From Bacillota bacterium (GTDB lineage: Bacteria; Bacillota; Halanaerobiia; Halanaerobiales; DATFIM01), in contig JBNJDK010000005.1 in the NCBI GenBank assembly GCA_051744805.1, positions 1 to 52,382 of the forward strand: a stretch of 52,382 nt of DNA. Direction: 5' to 3'. The notes under the pieces are model-generated. The model saw only the letters and a list, made by a program, of their open reading frames with translations. It did no database searches and was not told the origin of the DNA. Positions 16,822 through 27,277 of the stretch are shown in pieces. How positions within the stretch are numbered: the stretch's first letter is position 1; the number at the start of each line of letters is the position of its first letter. The translations under genes and the position numbers were made by a program.

Positions 16822-19167
16822 ATGAAAGTAGAAATGAAAAATAAGAATCAAAAAATTCCAGATTGGTTATTAAGTGAAGTTAATAATAAACTTTTGGCAA
16901 AACTTCTTTATAACAGAGGAGTTGATACAAAATTTAAGTTAAAAAAATTTTTATATCCGGCTGAATATATACCAACTTCACCTAAAGAGTTTGAAAATAT
17001 GGAAAAGGGTATTAAGAGAATTATTAAAGCAGTTGAGAAAAATGAAAAAATTGTGATTTATGGAGATTATGATGTAGATGGAGTTACCTCAACTGCTATT
17101 TTAGTTTCTTTTTTAAGAAAATTAGATGCAAAAATAGATTATCATATCCCTGACAGATTTGATGAAGGTTATGGTATGAATAAAAATGTTATAAAAAAAA
17201 TGGTTGAAGATGATGTTGACCTAATTTTAAGTTGTGATTGTGGGATTTCCAATTTCGATGAAATAAAATTGGCAAAAAACCTGGGAATGGATGTTATAGT
17301 CACTGACCATCATGATTTACCAGAAAATTTGCCACCAGCTGATATTATACTTACTCCGAAGTTTTTTGCTAAAGAACACCAGGCTCATGATTTACCAGGA
17401 GCAGGCATGGTTTATTATTTGGTAAAAGGAATAATGAATTTTATTAATAAAAACAAATATTACAAAAATTTATTTGAATATAAGATTAAAGCAGATTATT
17501 ATTTGGATTATTTGGCTCTGGCTATAGTTGCTGATGTTGTGCCTTTAAAAGGAGAAAACCGTTTTTTGTTACAAAAAGGTCTTAAGAATTTAAAAACTAC
17601 TGATAAAAAAAGTTTGAATGAATTATTTGAGATGAGTGGCATAAATAAAGAATTAATTAGTGAAGAGGATATTGCATTTCGAATTGCTCCAATTATTAAT
17701 GCAGCTGGTAGGATAGAAGATGCTAAAATAGCAGTAGAAATGTTATTAACTAAAGATAAAATAAAGGTTAAAAAATTATCTAATAAATTGATTAAAATTA
17801 ATAGCCGAAGAAAAGAAATACAGGAAAAAATAATTAAAGAAGCAGAAGAAATATTAAAAAGTGAAGAAGATTTTCAAAATAAAGGGATAATATTATATCA
17901 ACCTCACTGGCATGAAGGACTTTTAGGTATTGCTGCTGGCCGTTTAACAGAAAATTACAAAATTCCTGCTTTTCTTATGACTTTAAAAGAAGATAAAGGT
18001 ACAATTACTGGTTCTGCACGTTCTATACCTGAAATTCATGTTAATAACAAACTTAAAAATGTAAAAAATCATTTATTGAAATCAGGTGGACATGCTGGTG
18101 CAGCAGGTTTTTCACTTAAAAGAGACCAATATACAATTTTTAAAAAGAAATTAGCTTCTTTATTAGAAAATGATTTAAGTGAAATTTCTAGGGAAGAAAC
18201 TATAAAAGTGGATGCTCAGCTTAAATTAGGTGATATTGATCTAGATATGTATAATGATATTCGAAAGTTAGCTCCGTTTGGAGAAGAAAATGAAAAACCA
18301 TTATTTATGACCAATAATTGTCAGCTTTTACAAAGTAGAAATTTTGGTGATAATAACCATAAAAGATTAATTTTAAAACAAAATAATAATAAAATTACTG
18401 CTATCTGGTGGTGGGCTGGAGAACAAAAAATACCTAAAAATTTAGACTTAATATATCATCTTGATATTAATAGATTTAGAGGACGAGAAAACATACAATT
18501 AGTAATTAAAGAAGTTATAGATTCTGATTATAGTTATAAATTTTCTACTAAAGATGATTTTACAAAATTTATTAAAATTAAAGATTATAGAAATTGGCAA
18601 AATAATAAAAAGTTAAAAAATGATATATATAATTTTGAAAATGCAGTTTATTATCAAGAAGGAAATAGTAAGATTTATTTTGATCAGATAATAGATCGAT
18701 ATGGAATAGGAGAAAATGACAAGTTAGTTTTAATTTCTTTTCCTCCTTCTCTTTCAATTTTATATGATTTAATTTATAATAATGAACCTTCAGAAATAAT
18801 TTTAGCTTTTGATAAAAATAAATTAAAAGAAAACGAAAATTTTTTAAAAAAAGTAATGTCTTTTCTTAAATATATTTTAAAAGAAAAAAATGGGTATTTT
18901 AAAATTCCTAATATTGCTGTTTTAACAGAAGAATTAGAAGTTACAATAAAAGTTACATTAAAATATCTAGAGGCTTCTGGATATATAGAGTTAGAAAAGA
19001 TTAATGAAAATAATTATTTTATAAAACGTGGAGGAAAAACTGATAAAGGTAAGAAAAGAATATATAAGAAAAGATTGAAATCATTATTAAAAGAAAGTAA
19101 ATCATTCAAAAATTTTTTATATAAAACCAATTCAGAAGAGATATTAAGATATGTTAAAAATAGTTAG
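16822..19167 (+). CDS. recJ: Single-stranded-DNA-specific exonuclease RecJ
   Basis: YGDYDVDG, DCG, TDHH, ADVVPL.GENR, P.INAAGR, GSARS, GGHAGAAG and PFG..N.KP; long C-terminal extension. Confidence 0.95.
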   Translation: MKVEMKNKNQKIPDWLLSEVNNKLLAKLLYNRGVDTKFKLKKFLYPAEYIPTSPKEFENMEKGIKRIIKAVEKNEKIVIYGDYDVDGVTSTAILVSFLRKLDAKIDYHIPDRFDEGYGMNKNVIKKMVEDDVDLILSCDCGISNFDEIKLAKNLGMDVIVTDHHDLPENLPPADIILTPKFFAKEHQAHDLPGAGMVYYLVKGIMNFINKNKYYKNLFEYKIKADYYLDYLALAIVADVVPLKGENRFLLQKGLKNLKTTDKKSLNELFEMSGINKELISEEDIAFRIAPIINAAGRIEDAKIAVEMLLTKDKIKVKKLSNKLIKINSRRKEIQEKIIKEAEEILKSEEDFQNKGIILYQPHWHEGLLGIAAGRLTENYKIPAFLMTLKEDKGTITGSARSIPEIHVNNKLKNVKNHLLKSGGHAGAAGFSLKRDQYTIFKKKLASLLENDLSEISREETIKVDAQLKLGDIDLDMYNDIRKLAPFGEENEKPLFMTNNCQLLQSRNFGDNNHKRLILKQNNNKITAIWWWAGEQKIPKNLDLIYHLDINRFRGRENIQLVIKEVIDSDYSYKFSTKDDFTKFIKIKDYRNWQNNKKLKNDIYNFENAVYYQEGNSKIYFDQIIDRYGIGENDKLVLISFPPSLSILYDLIYNNEPSEIILAFDKNKLKENENFLKKVMSFLKYILKEKNGYFKIPNIAVLTEELEVTIKVTLKYLEASGYIELEKINENNYFIKRGGKTDKGKKRIYKKRLKSLLKESKSFKNFLYKTNSEEILRYVKNS

Positions 19168-19178
19168 GAGGAATTGTT

Positions 19179-20393
19179 GTGAAAATAAAAGAAGGAATTT
19201 ATTTGAAATCAACTATAACAGGAAAAAAATATCCTATCAGCAGGTTAAAAGAATGGTCAGAAAAAAAAGAGCCTCTGGAAGTAGTTATAAAAAATATAGA
19301 ACAAGCAAAAATTAAAAATGGAAATTATTTGTGGGAAAAATTTAGTGATTTTTTACCATTTGAAAATATAAATCCTGATTTATCTTTAGGTGAAGGAAAT
19401 ACGCCAATTTTAAAAGGTAGTAAAAATTTAAAAACTTATTGTAATTTGGAAAATATATATATGAAAAATGAAAGTCAAAATCCAACATGGAGTTTTAAAG
19501 ATAGAGGTTCTCTGGCCTGTGTCTGGATGGCTAAAGCTATGAAAGAAAATATGACTGCTACTATTTCTACCGGGAATATGGGGAATTCTATTGCTGCTTA
19601 TGGAGCAAAATCAGATCTAAAGACTGTTGTTTTTCTTCCTGAATTTACTCCAGAAGAAAAAGTAGCTGCTATAGGTATTCATGGAGCTGAAATTTATAAA
19701 GTAAAGTCTCCTGATTATTCAAAAATGAAAAAGAAGATTTTGGATTATGCTTCTGATTTAGGAATAAGGGTTGTTTCTGGTAATGGACCGATCAGAGTTG
19801 AAGGATATAAATTAACAGCTTTTGAAATTTATGAACAATTTTCAGGTAATATACCTGAATATATAGCTGTTCCAACATCTGCTTGTGGTCATATAAGAGG
19901 ATTGTTTAAAGGATTCAGAGAACTTAAGAAAGCTGGATATCTTAATAAATTACCCAAAATGATTATAGTTCAGGCAGAAAATAATAGTCCTATTGTAAAT
20001 GCAATAAAGCAAAATAAAAAAGAAATAATTGAAGAAGAAAATGTGAATACAATAGCAGAAGCTATAACAAGTGGTAGTCCCTATGGAGGTAAAGAAATAA
20101 TTAAAAAAGCTAATAAGTATAATTGGCTGGCTGAAAATGTTTCAGAAGATGAAATTATAGAAGCACAAAAATTATTGGCTAAAGATGGTCTCTTTGTGGA
20201 ACCAGCATCAGCAACTACCTTAACTGCAGTAAAGAAATTGAGAAATAAAAATTTGCTTCAAAAAGGTGATGATGTTATGCTTGTTTTGACTGGTTCTGGC
20301 TTGAAAGATTTTGATATAATAAAAGACTATAAATTTAATATAAATGATGTGAATATCAATTCTATTGAGGAGTGGTTTGATAGAAATGGATAA
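19179..20393 (+). CDS. thrC: Threonine synthase-like PLP-dependent enzyme (fold type II, divergent)
   Basis: SLGEGNTP, KNESQNPTWSFKDRG, STGN, EPASA and LTGSGLKD; several loops deviate from canonical ThrC. Confidence 0.7.
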   Translation: MKIKEGIYLKSTITGKKYPISRLKEWSEKKEPLEVVIKNIEQAKIKNGNYLWEKFSDFLPFENINPDLSLGEGNTPILKGSKNLKTYCNLENIYMKNESQNPTWSFKDRGSLACVWMAKAMKENMTATISTGNMGNSIAAYGAKSDLKTVVFLPEFTPEEKVAAIGIHGAEIYKVKSPDYSKMKKKILDYASDLGIRVVSGNGPIRVEGYKLTAFEIYEQFSGNIPEYIAVPTSACGHIRGLFKGFRELKKAGYLNKLPKMIIVQAENNSPIVNAIKQNKKEIIEEENVNTIAEAITSGSPYGGKEIIKKANKYNWLAENVSEDEIIEAQKLLAKDGLFVEPASATTLTAVKKLRNKNLLQKGDDVMLVLTGSGLKDFDIIKDYKFNINDVNINSIEEWFDRNG

Positions 20394-21120
20394 TAAAGAT
20401 AAAATTGGAGGAAGAGCTTATAAAAATGGAGTTAGATTAAAAAATAAAAAAAGATCTGTAAAAGCATATTATAATAAAAATAATAAATTACAACTAGAGG
20501 TTAGTGGAGTAAAACAAAATAGATATATAAAATATATAAAAAATATCCCGGTTATTAGAGGTATTGTAATACTTTTTTTTGCAATATGGTCTTTTTTAAA
20601 AGAAGTACTAAAAACTCCTAAAAAATACTGGTTTGTTTTTGCAATTATTTTATTTGATCTAATATTTATCTTCATGCCTGACTCAACATCAAATGGAATT
20701 GAAAATACATTTTTAATTTTGTATTTTGCTGTTCCAATAATTTTAATCTTATTTTTCAAAAATAGCATTTCGGAAGTTCTAAAATTTCATGGAGCAGAAC
20801 ATAAAGCTGTAAATTATTATGAAAATGATTATGAAGGTAATATTGATTCTTATTCACGTATTCATCGTAGATGTGGAAGTAATATTGTTTTTTATTATAT
20901 TCTATTCACACTTTTATTATCATTTTTTAGTATTAACATAAATATAATTTTGCAAGAGATTTTAATTTTAGGTATTGCTTATGAGGCAATTAAATATACA
21001 CCTGAAAAATTATTATTTTTGCCATCTTTATTTCAAAAAATTGTAACTAGAGAACCAGATCAGAGACAGCTCAAAGCAGCAGAAAAAGCTTTAGAAGTTT
21101 TAACTAAAAAATCAGTGTAA
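20386..21120 (+). CDS. DUF1385 (YqhQ-like) membrane protein
   Basis: IGG.A...GV, IPVIRG, FHGAEHK, H.RCGSN and Q..VTREP motifs; ATG 20386 overlaps the thrC stop region. Confidence 0.85.
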   Translation: MDNKDKIGGRAYKNGVRLKNKKRSVKAYYNKNNKLQLEVSGVKQNRYIKYIKNIPVIRGIVILFFAIWSFLKEVLKTPKKYWFVFAIILFDLIFIFMPDSTSNGIENTFLILYFAVPIILILFFKNSISEVLKFHGAEHKAVNYYENDYEGNIDSYSRIHRRCGSNIVFYYILFTLLLSFFSININIILQEILILGIAYEAIKYTPEKLLFLPSLFQKIVTREPDQRQLKAAEKALEVLTKKSV

Positions 21121-21128
21121 AATATTAA

Positions 21129-21151
21129 GAGAGGGGCTGGCTGCCCCTCTC
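21129..21151. terminator. Hairpin between convergent genes, probable bidirectional terminator
   Basis: Perfect 9-bp stem GAGAGGGGC / GCCCCTCTC. Confidence 0.7.
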
Positions 21152-21175
21152 AATTAAATCAGATAAAAGTAATTT

Positions 21176-21973
21176 TTATTTGTCTAGATGTACATCCATT
21201 TGAGGATAAGGAATATTAATATCTTCTTCATCAAATCTTTTCTTAACATTTTCCATCATATCATAATATACGTCCCAGTAATTTTCACTTTTTGTCCAGA
21301 GTAAAACATTAAAATTAACTGAACTACCAGCATGTTCCCCTACTCTTATTGTAGGAGCAGGATCTTCTAAGACCTTTTCATGTTTGGAAACAATGTCTTC
21401 TAATACTTCTTTAACCTGATCAATATCATCATCATAGCCAATACCAAAATCTAAATCTACTCTTCTTGTATTATTAACACTATAATTGGTAACTGTACTA
21501 TTTGAAACAATTCCATTTGGAATAACAATTTGTTTGTTATCCCTACTAGTTAATTTTGTATAAAGAATTTGAATTGAATTTACTTTACCTTTTTTTCCAT
21601 TTACTTCAACAAAATCTCCAACATTAAAAGGTCTAAAAGTCAAAATTAATACTCCGCCTGCAAAGTTAGATAAACTACCCTGTAAAGCAAGGCCAATAGC
21701 AAAACTAGCAGCCCCTAAAATTGCTACAAATGAAGTCATTTGAATACCTAAAGTTGAAGTAACAGTAATTAATAAAAGAATAAACAAAATAGCTTTTGTA
21801 ATTGGTAATATAAAAGAGTGGAGAGTTGGATCTAATTTTTCACCTGACCATTTTTCAATATATTTCATTATAAATTTAATAATCCATCTCCCAATTAAAA
21901 ATACAAGTAGTGCTCCAACTAATTTAGTGCCATACTGAATTGTTAACTCAATTAATTTATCTTGATAAGCCAT
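21176..21973 (-). CDS. mscS: Small-conductance mechanosensitive channel
   Basis: AIGLALQGSLSNFAGGVLIL.FRPF.VGD, IPNG and IPYPQ motifs. Confidence 0.93.
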   Translation of the reverse strand: MAYQDKLIELTIQYGTKLVGALLVFLIGRWIIKFIMKYIEKWSGEKLDPTLHSFILPITKAILFILLLITVTSTLGIQMTSFVAILGAASFAIGLALQGSLSNFAGGVLILTFRPFNVGDFVEVNGKKGKVNSIQILYTKLTSRDNKQIVIPNGIVSNSTVTNYSVNNTRRVDLDFGIGYDDDIDQVKEVLEDIVSKHEKVLEDPAPTIRVGEHAGSSVNFNVLLWTKSENYWDVYYDMMENVKKRFDEEDINIPYPQMDVHLDK

Positions 21974-22118
21974 AAAAACCCTCCTATTTTGATGTTTGTT
22001 AATATTAAGTTTCTTTAAAAGATTTAAATTTCCTTTTTGTAAATTATACTTTTTTGGTTATATTTGATATAATATAGTAAGAATTAATACATAAATAAAA
22101 TTTGAGGAGGTTTAAATT

Positions 22119-23375
22119 ATGAAAATTGCATTAATAGAAATAAGTTCAGCAGTTCATGATCAAAGTTATATTGACAAATCTTTAGAAGGATTTGTTGAAG
22201 AACTTGAAGACCATTTTGACTTATCATTTTTTGATATTGAAAATATTTCTAAAATAGAAGAAAACGATTATGATATTATCTTAAATTTTGTTAAAACTGG
22301 AGGAACTGAAAATCTTTTTAAAGATAAATTTTCTAAATTACCAAGACCATTTTACTTTCTTGCTACTTCTCTTCATAATTCTCTTCCAGCATCGATTGAA
22401 ATGTTAAGTTATGTTCAATCTAAAGGAGAAATTGGTAAAATATTACATGGTGATATGGCTAAACTTTTAAGGGAGATAAAAAAATATGGAAAAATAAATA
22501 GTACTAAAAATAAAATAGCTAAATCAAAGTTGGGAGTAATAGGAGAACCATCTGACTGGTTAATAGCAAGTAAAGTTAATTATAGTGAAATAAAGACTAA
22601 TTGGGGATTAAATATAATAGATATAGAATTAGATGAAGTTTATGATCGTTTTGACAATCAGGATGAAGAAGAAGTTGAAGATATAGTTAATGAATTTTTA
22701 GCAAATGCTAATGAAATAGTTGAAAATACTAAAGATGATACTCGTGATGCTGTGAGAGTTTATCTTGCATTAAAAGAAATTGCTGATAAATATGAACTTG
22801 ATGCCTTAACAATTCGTTGTTTTGATTTAGTACAAAATTTAAATACTACAGGTTGTTTAGCCCTTTCTTATTTAAATGATGAAGGGATAATTGCTGGTTG
22901 TGAAGGAGATGTACCAGCTACTTTTACAATGATGGTAATCAATTATCTGCTTAATGAAGAATCATTTATGGCTAATCCTTATAAAATTGATTCTGGGAAT
23001 AATAGAATTGAGTTTGCTCATTGTACAGTTCCAACTGCTCTTTGTACAAAATACAATTCTCGTTCTCATTTTGAAACTGGAATTGGAGTTGGAATTCAGG
23101 GAACCATTCCCGAAGGTCCTGCTACAGTTATGAAAATAGGAGGTAAAAATTTAAATAAATATTATTTAGAAGAAGGAAGTATTGACTTAAATTTAGATAA
23201 CCCACATGCCTGCAGAACTCAAATAGAAGTTAGTTTTAAAGATGAAATAAATATCGAAAAATACTTTTTTGAAAAGCCTTTAGGAAATCATCAAATAATT
23301 GTACCTGGAAGATATACAGAAATATTAGCTGATTTTTTTAGAATTTCGTCTGTAAAACAAAATATCAAAACTTAA
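22119..23375 (+). CDS. L-fucose/L-arabinose isomerase-like protein
   Basis: DALTIRCF, GCLALSYLNDEG..AGCEGD, AHCT, CRTQ and GNH motifs. Confidence 0.75.
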   Translation: MKIALIEISSAVHDQSYIDKSLEGFVEELEDHFDLSFFDIENISKIEENDYDIILNFVKTGGTENLFKDKFSKLPRPFYFLATSLHNSLPASIEMLSYVQSKGEIGKILHGDMAKLLREIKKYGKINSTKNKIAKSKLGVIGEPSDWLIASKVNYSEIKTNWGLNIIDIELDEVYDRFDNQDEEEVEDIVNEFLANANEIVENTKDDTRDAVRVYLALKEIADKYELDALTIRCFDLVQNLNTTGCLALSYLNDEGIIAGCEGDVPATFTMMVINYLLNEESFMANPYKIDSGNNRIEFAHCTVPTALCTKYNSRSHFETGIGVGIQGTIPEGPATVMKIGGKNLNKYYLEEGSIDLNLDNPHACRTQIEVSFKDEINIEKYFFEKPLGNHQIIVPGRYTEILADFFRISSVKQNIKT

Positions 23376-23395
23376 TTTATGAGGTGATATTTATT

Positions 23396-23842
23396 ATGGA
23401 ATGGAAAGTAATGCATTATAATGAATTAAAAAAAGATATTTTATATGATATTTTAAAAGAAAGAGTAGATGTATTTGTAGTTGAACAGGATTGTCCCTAT
23501 CCAGAAATTGATGGTAAAGACAAAAAAAGTTATCATATGTGGGCAGAAGAAAATAGTGAAATCATTGCATATACTCGATTAATTCCAAGAGATATTTCAT
23601 ATGATGAAGCTTCTATTGGAAGAGTTTTAGTGAGAATGGATTATCGGGGTAGAGGTTTAGGAAGAAAATTGATGGAAAAGTCTATTAAATATATTACAGA
23701 ACAGTTAGGGGAAAATGAAATAAGAATATCTGCTCAGGAGAGACTTCATGATTTTTATGTTAGTCTTGGATTTGAACAGGTATCTGAAATGTATTTAGAA
23801 GATGGAATTCCTCACATTGAGATGTATTATGAAAATAAATAA
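23396..23842 (+). CDS. elaA: ElaA-like GNAT acetyltransferase
   Basis: R..VFVVEQ.CPY.EIDG.D, IGRV....RG.GLG, SAQ and YLEDGIPH. Confidence 0.85.
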   Translation: MEWKVMHYNELKKDILYDILKERVDVFVVEQDCPYPEIDGKDKKSYHMWAEENSEIIAYTRLIPRDISYDEASIGRVLVRMDYRGRGLGRKLMEKSIKYITEQLGENEIRISAQERLHDFYVSLGFEQVSEMYLEDGIPHIEMYYENK

Positions 23843-23858
23843 ATTTTGAGGTGTTAGT

Positions 23859-25658
23859 TTGCGCAAAGATAAATTTTTACCAATTAATAAAAATGATCTT
23901 AAAGACAGAGAATGGGATCAATTAGATTTTATAATTGTAACTGGTGATGCTTATGTAGATCATCCTAGTTTTGGTACTGCTATTATATCAAGAGTTTTAG
24001 AAGATGGTGGTTTTAAGGTAGGAATAATAAGTCAACCAGACTGGAAAAATACGAAGGATTTTAAGAAATTGGGCAAACCACGTTACGGATTTTTGGTAAC
24101 TGCTGGAAATCTTGATTCAATGGTAAATAAATATACTGTAAATAAAAGAAAAAGATTCAAAGATAGGTATTCTCCTGGAGCAGAAAGTGGGAAAAGACCT
24201 GATCGTGCTACTATTGTTTACTGTAATCGTCTTAAAGAAGCTTATAATAATGTTCCAATAATTATAGGAGGTATAGAAGCAAGCTTACGTAGGTTTGCTT
24301 ATTATGATTATTGGGATGATAAAGTAAGACGTTCTATTCTTTTTGATAGCCGGGCAGATCTACTTGTATATGGAATGGGTGAAAAACAAATTCTAGAAAT
24401 TGCTAATTCTTTAGAAGCAGGCTTGGATATCAAATATATTAGACATATTCCTGGAACAAGTTATATTTTATCTGATTTAGAGAATATTTATGGTTATGAA
24501 AAAATACCTTCATATGAAGAAGTTAAAAATAATAAGAAAAAATATGCTGAAGCTTTTAAAGTTCAGTATGAAGAACAGGACCCAATTAGGGGACAAGTAA
24601 TTGTTCAAAAACATGGCAATCGTTATTTAGTACAAAATCAGCCTGTAGAACCACTATCTGAGGAAGAAATGGATCATATTTATGAATTACCCTATCAACG
24701 AAATTATCATCCAATTTATGAAGAAAAAGGTGGAGTACCGGCAATTGAGGAAGTCAAATTTAGTATAACAAGTTCCAGAGGTTGTTTTGGTGGGTGTTCA
24801 TTTTGTGCTCTTACTTTTCACCAGGGAAGACAGGTTGTAAGTAGAAGTAAAGAATCGATTTTAAAAGAAGCAGAAAAGATTATTAAAATGGATGATTTTA
24901 AAGGTTATATTCATGATGTCGGTGGTCCTACTGCAAATTTCAGGCATCCTGCCTGTACAAAACAGGTAACTAAAGGATCCTGTAAAAACAAACACTGTCT
25001 ATATCCTAAAGCCTGTCAAAATTTGAATATTGATCATAGTGAGTATCTTGATATTTTAAAAAGTTTAAGAGAAATGGAAGAAGTGAAAAAGGTTTTTATT
25101 AGATCAGGTTTGCGTTATGATTATATACTTGAAGATAATGATTCCGAATTTTTAGAGGAATTATGCAAACATCATGTTAGTGGTCAATTAAAAGTTGCCC
25201 CTGAACATATTTCAAAAAATGTTTTGGCCAAAATGCGAAAACCGGATAGTGATTTATTTGATAAATTTAGAAATAAATTTTATGAAATAAATAAAAAAAT
25301 CAATAAAGAACAATATTTGATTCCCTATTTTATCTCAAGTCATCCTGGAAGTAAGTTAGAAGATGCAATAGAATTAGCTGAGTATCTAAGAGATATTGGC
25401 CATATACCTGAACAGGTTCAGGACTTTTATCCAACACCTGGTACCTTATCTACTGCTATGTATTATAGTGGATATGATCCTTTGACAATGGAAAAGGTTT
25501 ATATTCCTAAAAGTAAAAAAGAAAAAAATATGCAGAGAGCATTATTACAATATAATTACAAAGAAAATTATAATTTAGTTTATAAAGCTTTGAAAAAAGT
25601 AGGTAGAAAAGATTTGATTGGTTATCACAAAAAAGCTTTGATAAAACCTAAAAAATAA
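23859..25658 (+). CDS. ygiQ: YgiQ (UPF0313) family radical SAM protein
   Basis: [28 protein letters not shown] and VQDFYPTP. Confidence 0.93.
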   Translation: MRKDKFLPINKNDLKDREWDQLDFIIVTGDAYVDHPSFGTAIISRVLEDGGFKVGIISQPDWKNTKDFKKLGKPRYGFLVTAGNLDSMVNKYTVNKRKRFKDRYSPGAESGKRPDRATIVYCNRLKEAYNNVPIIIGGIEASLRRFAYYDYWDDKVRRSILFDSRADLLVYGMGEKQILEIANSLEAGLDIKYIRHIPGTSYILSDLENIYGYEKIPSYEEVKNNKKKYAEAFKVQYEEQDPIRGQVIVQKHGNRYLVQNQPVEPLSEEEMDHIYELPYQRNYHPIYEEKGGVPAIEEVKFSITSSRGCFGGCSFCALTFHQGRQVVSRSKESILKEAEKIIKMDDFKGYIHDVGGPTANFRHPACTKQVTKGSCKNKHCLYPKACQNLNIDHSEYLDILKSLREMEEVKKVFIRSGLRYDYILEDNDSEFLEELCKHHVSGQLKVAPEHISKNVLAKMRKPDSDLFDKFRNKFYEINKKINKEQYLIPYFISSHPGSKLEDAIELAEYLRDIGHIPEQVQDFYPTPGTLSTAMYYSGYDPLTMEKVYIPKSKKEKNMQRALLQYNYKENYNLVYKALKKVGRKDLIGYHKKALIKPKK

Positions 25659-25759
25659 TAATTTAAAAATTATCCTAGAAATTCATGAAAATATATGTTA
25701 ATATAAAAATTACAATATTTTATATATTTTAATACACTACCAATATAGGAGGCTAAAGT

Positions 25760-27100
25760 ATGAAGCAGAGAGAAAATTGGACCTCAAATTTAGGTTTTAT
25801 TTTAGCGGCAGCTGGTTCGGCTATTGGGTTAGGTAATATTTGGAGATTTCCCTATGTTACTGGTACTAATGGTGGAGCTGCATTTTTATTAATTTTTCTT
25901 GGAGCAATAATTTTTATAGGATTTCCAGTTATAGTGGCTGAAATTTCTTTAGGAAGAAATACTGAAAAAAACCCTGTTGGTGCATTTAAAAAGATTGCTC
26001 CTGGTACACCCTGGTGGGTAGTAGGAGGCTTAGGGGTATTTACAGGATTTATAATTTTAAGTTATTATTCTGTTGTTGCCGGTTGGTCTATGTCTTATAT
26101 ATTTAAGGCACTTAATGGTTTTACACCTGGAACTGATTTTGCGACTTTATTTGGTTCTCATATAAGTGGTTTTGGTGTTCCTTTATTCTGGCATGCAGCT
26201 TTTATGTTAATTACTGTTTTAGTTATTAGAGCTGGTGTAGTAGGAGGAATTCAAAAAGTAGCTAAAACTTTAATGCCAGTATTATTCATAATCCTTATTA
26301 CACTTGTGATTAGGGCTGTTACTTTACCAGGAGCTGGAGAAGGATTAAGTTTTTATTTAAAACCAGATTTTAGTAAAATAAGTATTCAAACTTTTACTGA
26401 TGCTATAGCTCAGGCATTTTTCACATTGAGCCTGGGAATGGGTGCTATGATTACTTATGGTAGTTATTTATCAAAAAATGATAATGTGAGTGATAATGCA
26501 GTTTATATTATTGGGTTTGATACTTTGATCGCTGTTTTGGCAGGTTTGGCTATTTTTCCAGCTGTATTTGCTCTTGGCTTTAGTCCAAGTGCTGGCCCGG
26601 GGTTAGTTTTTATTACATTACCTGGTGTATTAGCTGAGATGCCTTTAGGATCATTTTTTGGATTTTTATTCTTTCTTTTACTTTCTATTTCCGCTTTAAC
26701 TTCTGCAATTTCTCTACTTGAAGTTGTAGTAGCTTATGTAGTAGATGAAAAAGGGTGGGAAAGAAAAAAAGCTGCTCAAATATTAGGATTTGTAATTTTC
26801 CTTGTTGGTATTCCACCAATTTTAGGTTATAGTTCTTTATCTGGTTTTAGTTTTTTAGGCATGGATGTTTTAGATACTTATGATTGGTTTGCAAATAATG
26901 TATTTTTACCTCTAGGAGGACTATTAACATCTATTTTTGCAGCTTATGTTTGGAAAGCAAAGAATATGATGAAAGAGGCAAATTCAGCACCAGGAAAGAT
27001 TACTTTAGGAAAAGGTTATGAATTTCTTTTAAAGTATATAGCTCCAGCTGGTATATTTATAATTATGGTATTTAATATCTGGACAACTATTGCTGGATAA
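25760..27100 (+). CDS. Sodium-dependent transporter, NSS/SNF family
   Basis: RENW...GFILAAAGSAIGLGNIWRFPY, QAFFTLSLGMG and GPGLVFITLP. Confidence 0.93.
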   Translation: MKQRENWTSNLGFILAAAGSAIGLGNIWRFPYVTGTNGGAAFLLIFLGAIIFIGFPVIVAEISLGRNTEKNPVGAFKKIAPGTPWWVVGGLGVFTGFIILSYYSVVAGWSMSYIFKALNGFTPGTDFATLFGSHISGFGVPLFWHAAFMLITVLVIRAGVVGGIQKVAKTLMPVLFIILITLVIRAVTLPGAGEGLSFYLKPDFSKISIQTFTDAIAQAFFTLSLGMGAMITYGSYLSKNDNVSDNAVYIIGFDTLIAVLAGLAIFPAVFALGFSPSAGPGLVFITLPGVLAEMPLGSFFGFLFFLLLSISALTSAISLLEVVVAYVVDEKGWERKKAAQILGFVIFLVGIPPILGYSSLSGFSFLGMDVLDTYDWFANNVFLPLGGLLTSIFAAYVWKAKNMMKEANSAPGKITLGKGYEFLLKYIAPAGIFIIMVFNIWTTIAG

Positions 27101-27140
27101 TATTGCTATTATAGAATTATAAATTTTTGCTTAAATTTTT

Positions 27141-27170
27141 AGGCTCCACCTTTTTAAGGTGGGGCTTATT
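27141..27170 (+). terminator. Probable terminator hairpin
   Basis: AGGCTCCACCTT / AAGGTGGGGCTT stem; weak T tail. Confidence 0.6.
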
Positions 27171-27215
27171 ATATGTGTATCTTTTAAAACATATATTAAA
27201 GAATGATATATACTC

Positions 27216-27244
27216 TTGAGTATTTAAAAAAAATTTGGTATAAT
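27216..27244 (+). promoter_or_regulatory. Sigma-A-type promoter for udk
   Basis: TTGAGT-17 nt-TATAAT with extended TG. Confidence 0.6.
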
Positions 27245-27277
27245 TAAAAACGATAATTTCTAAACAATAAAAGGGGA

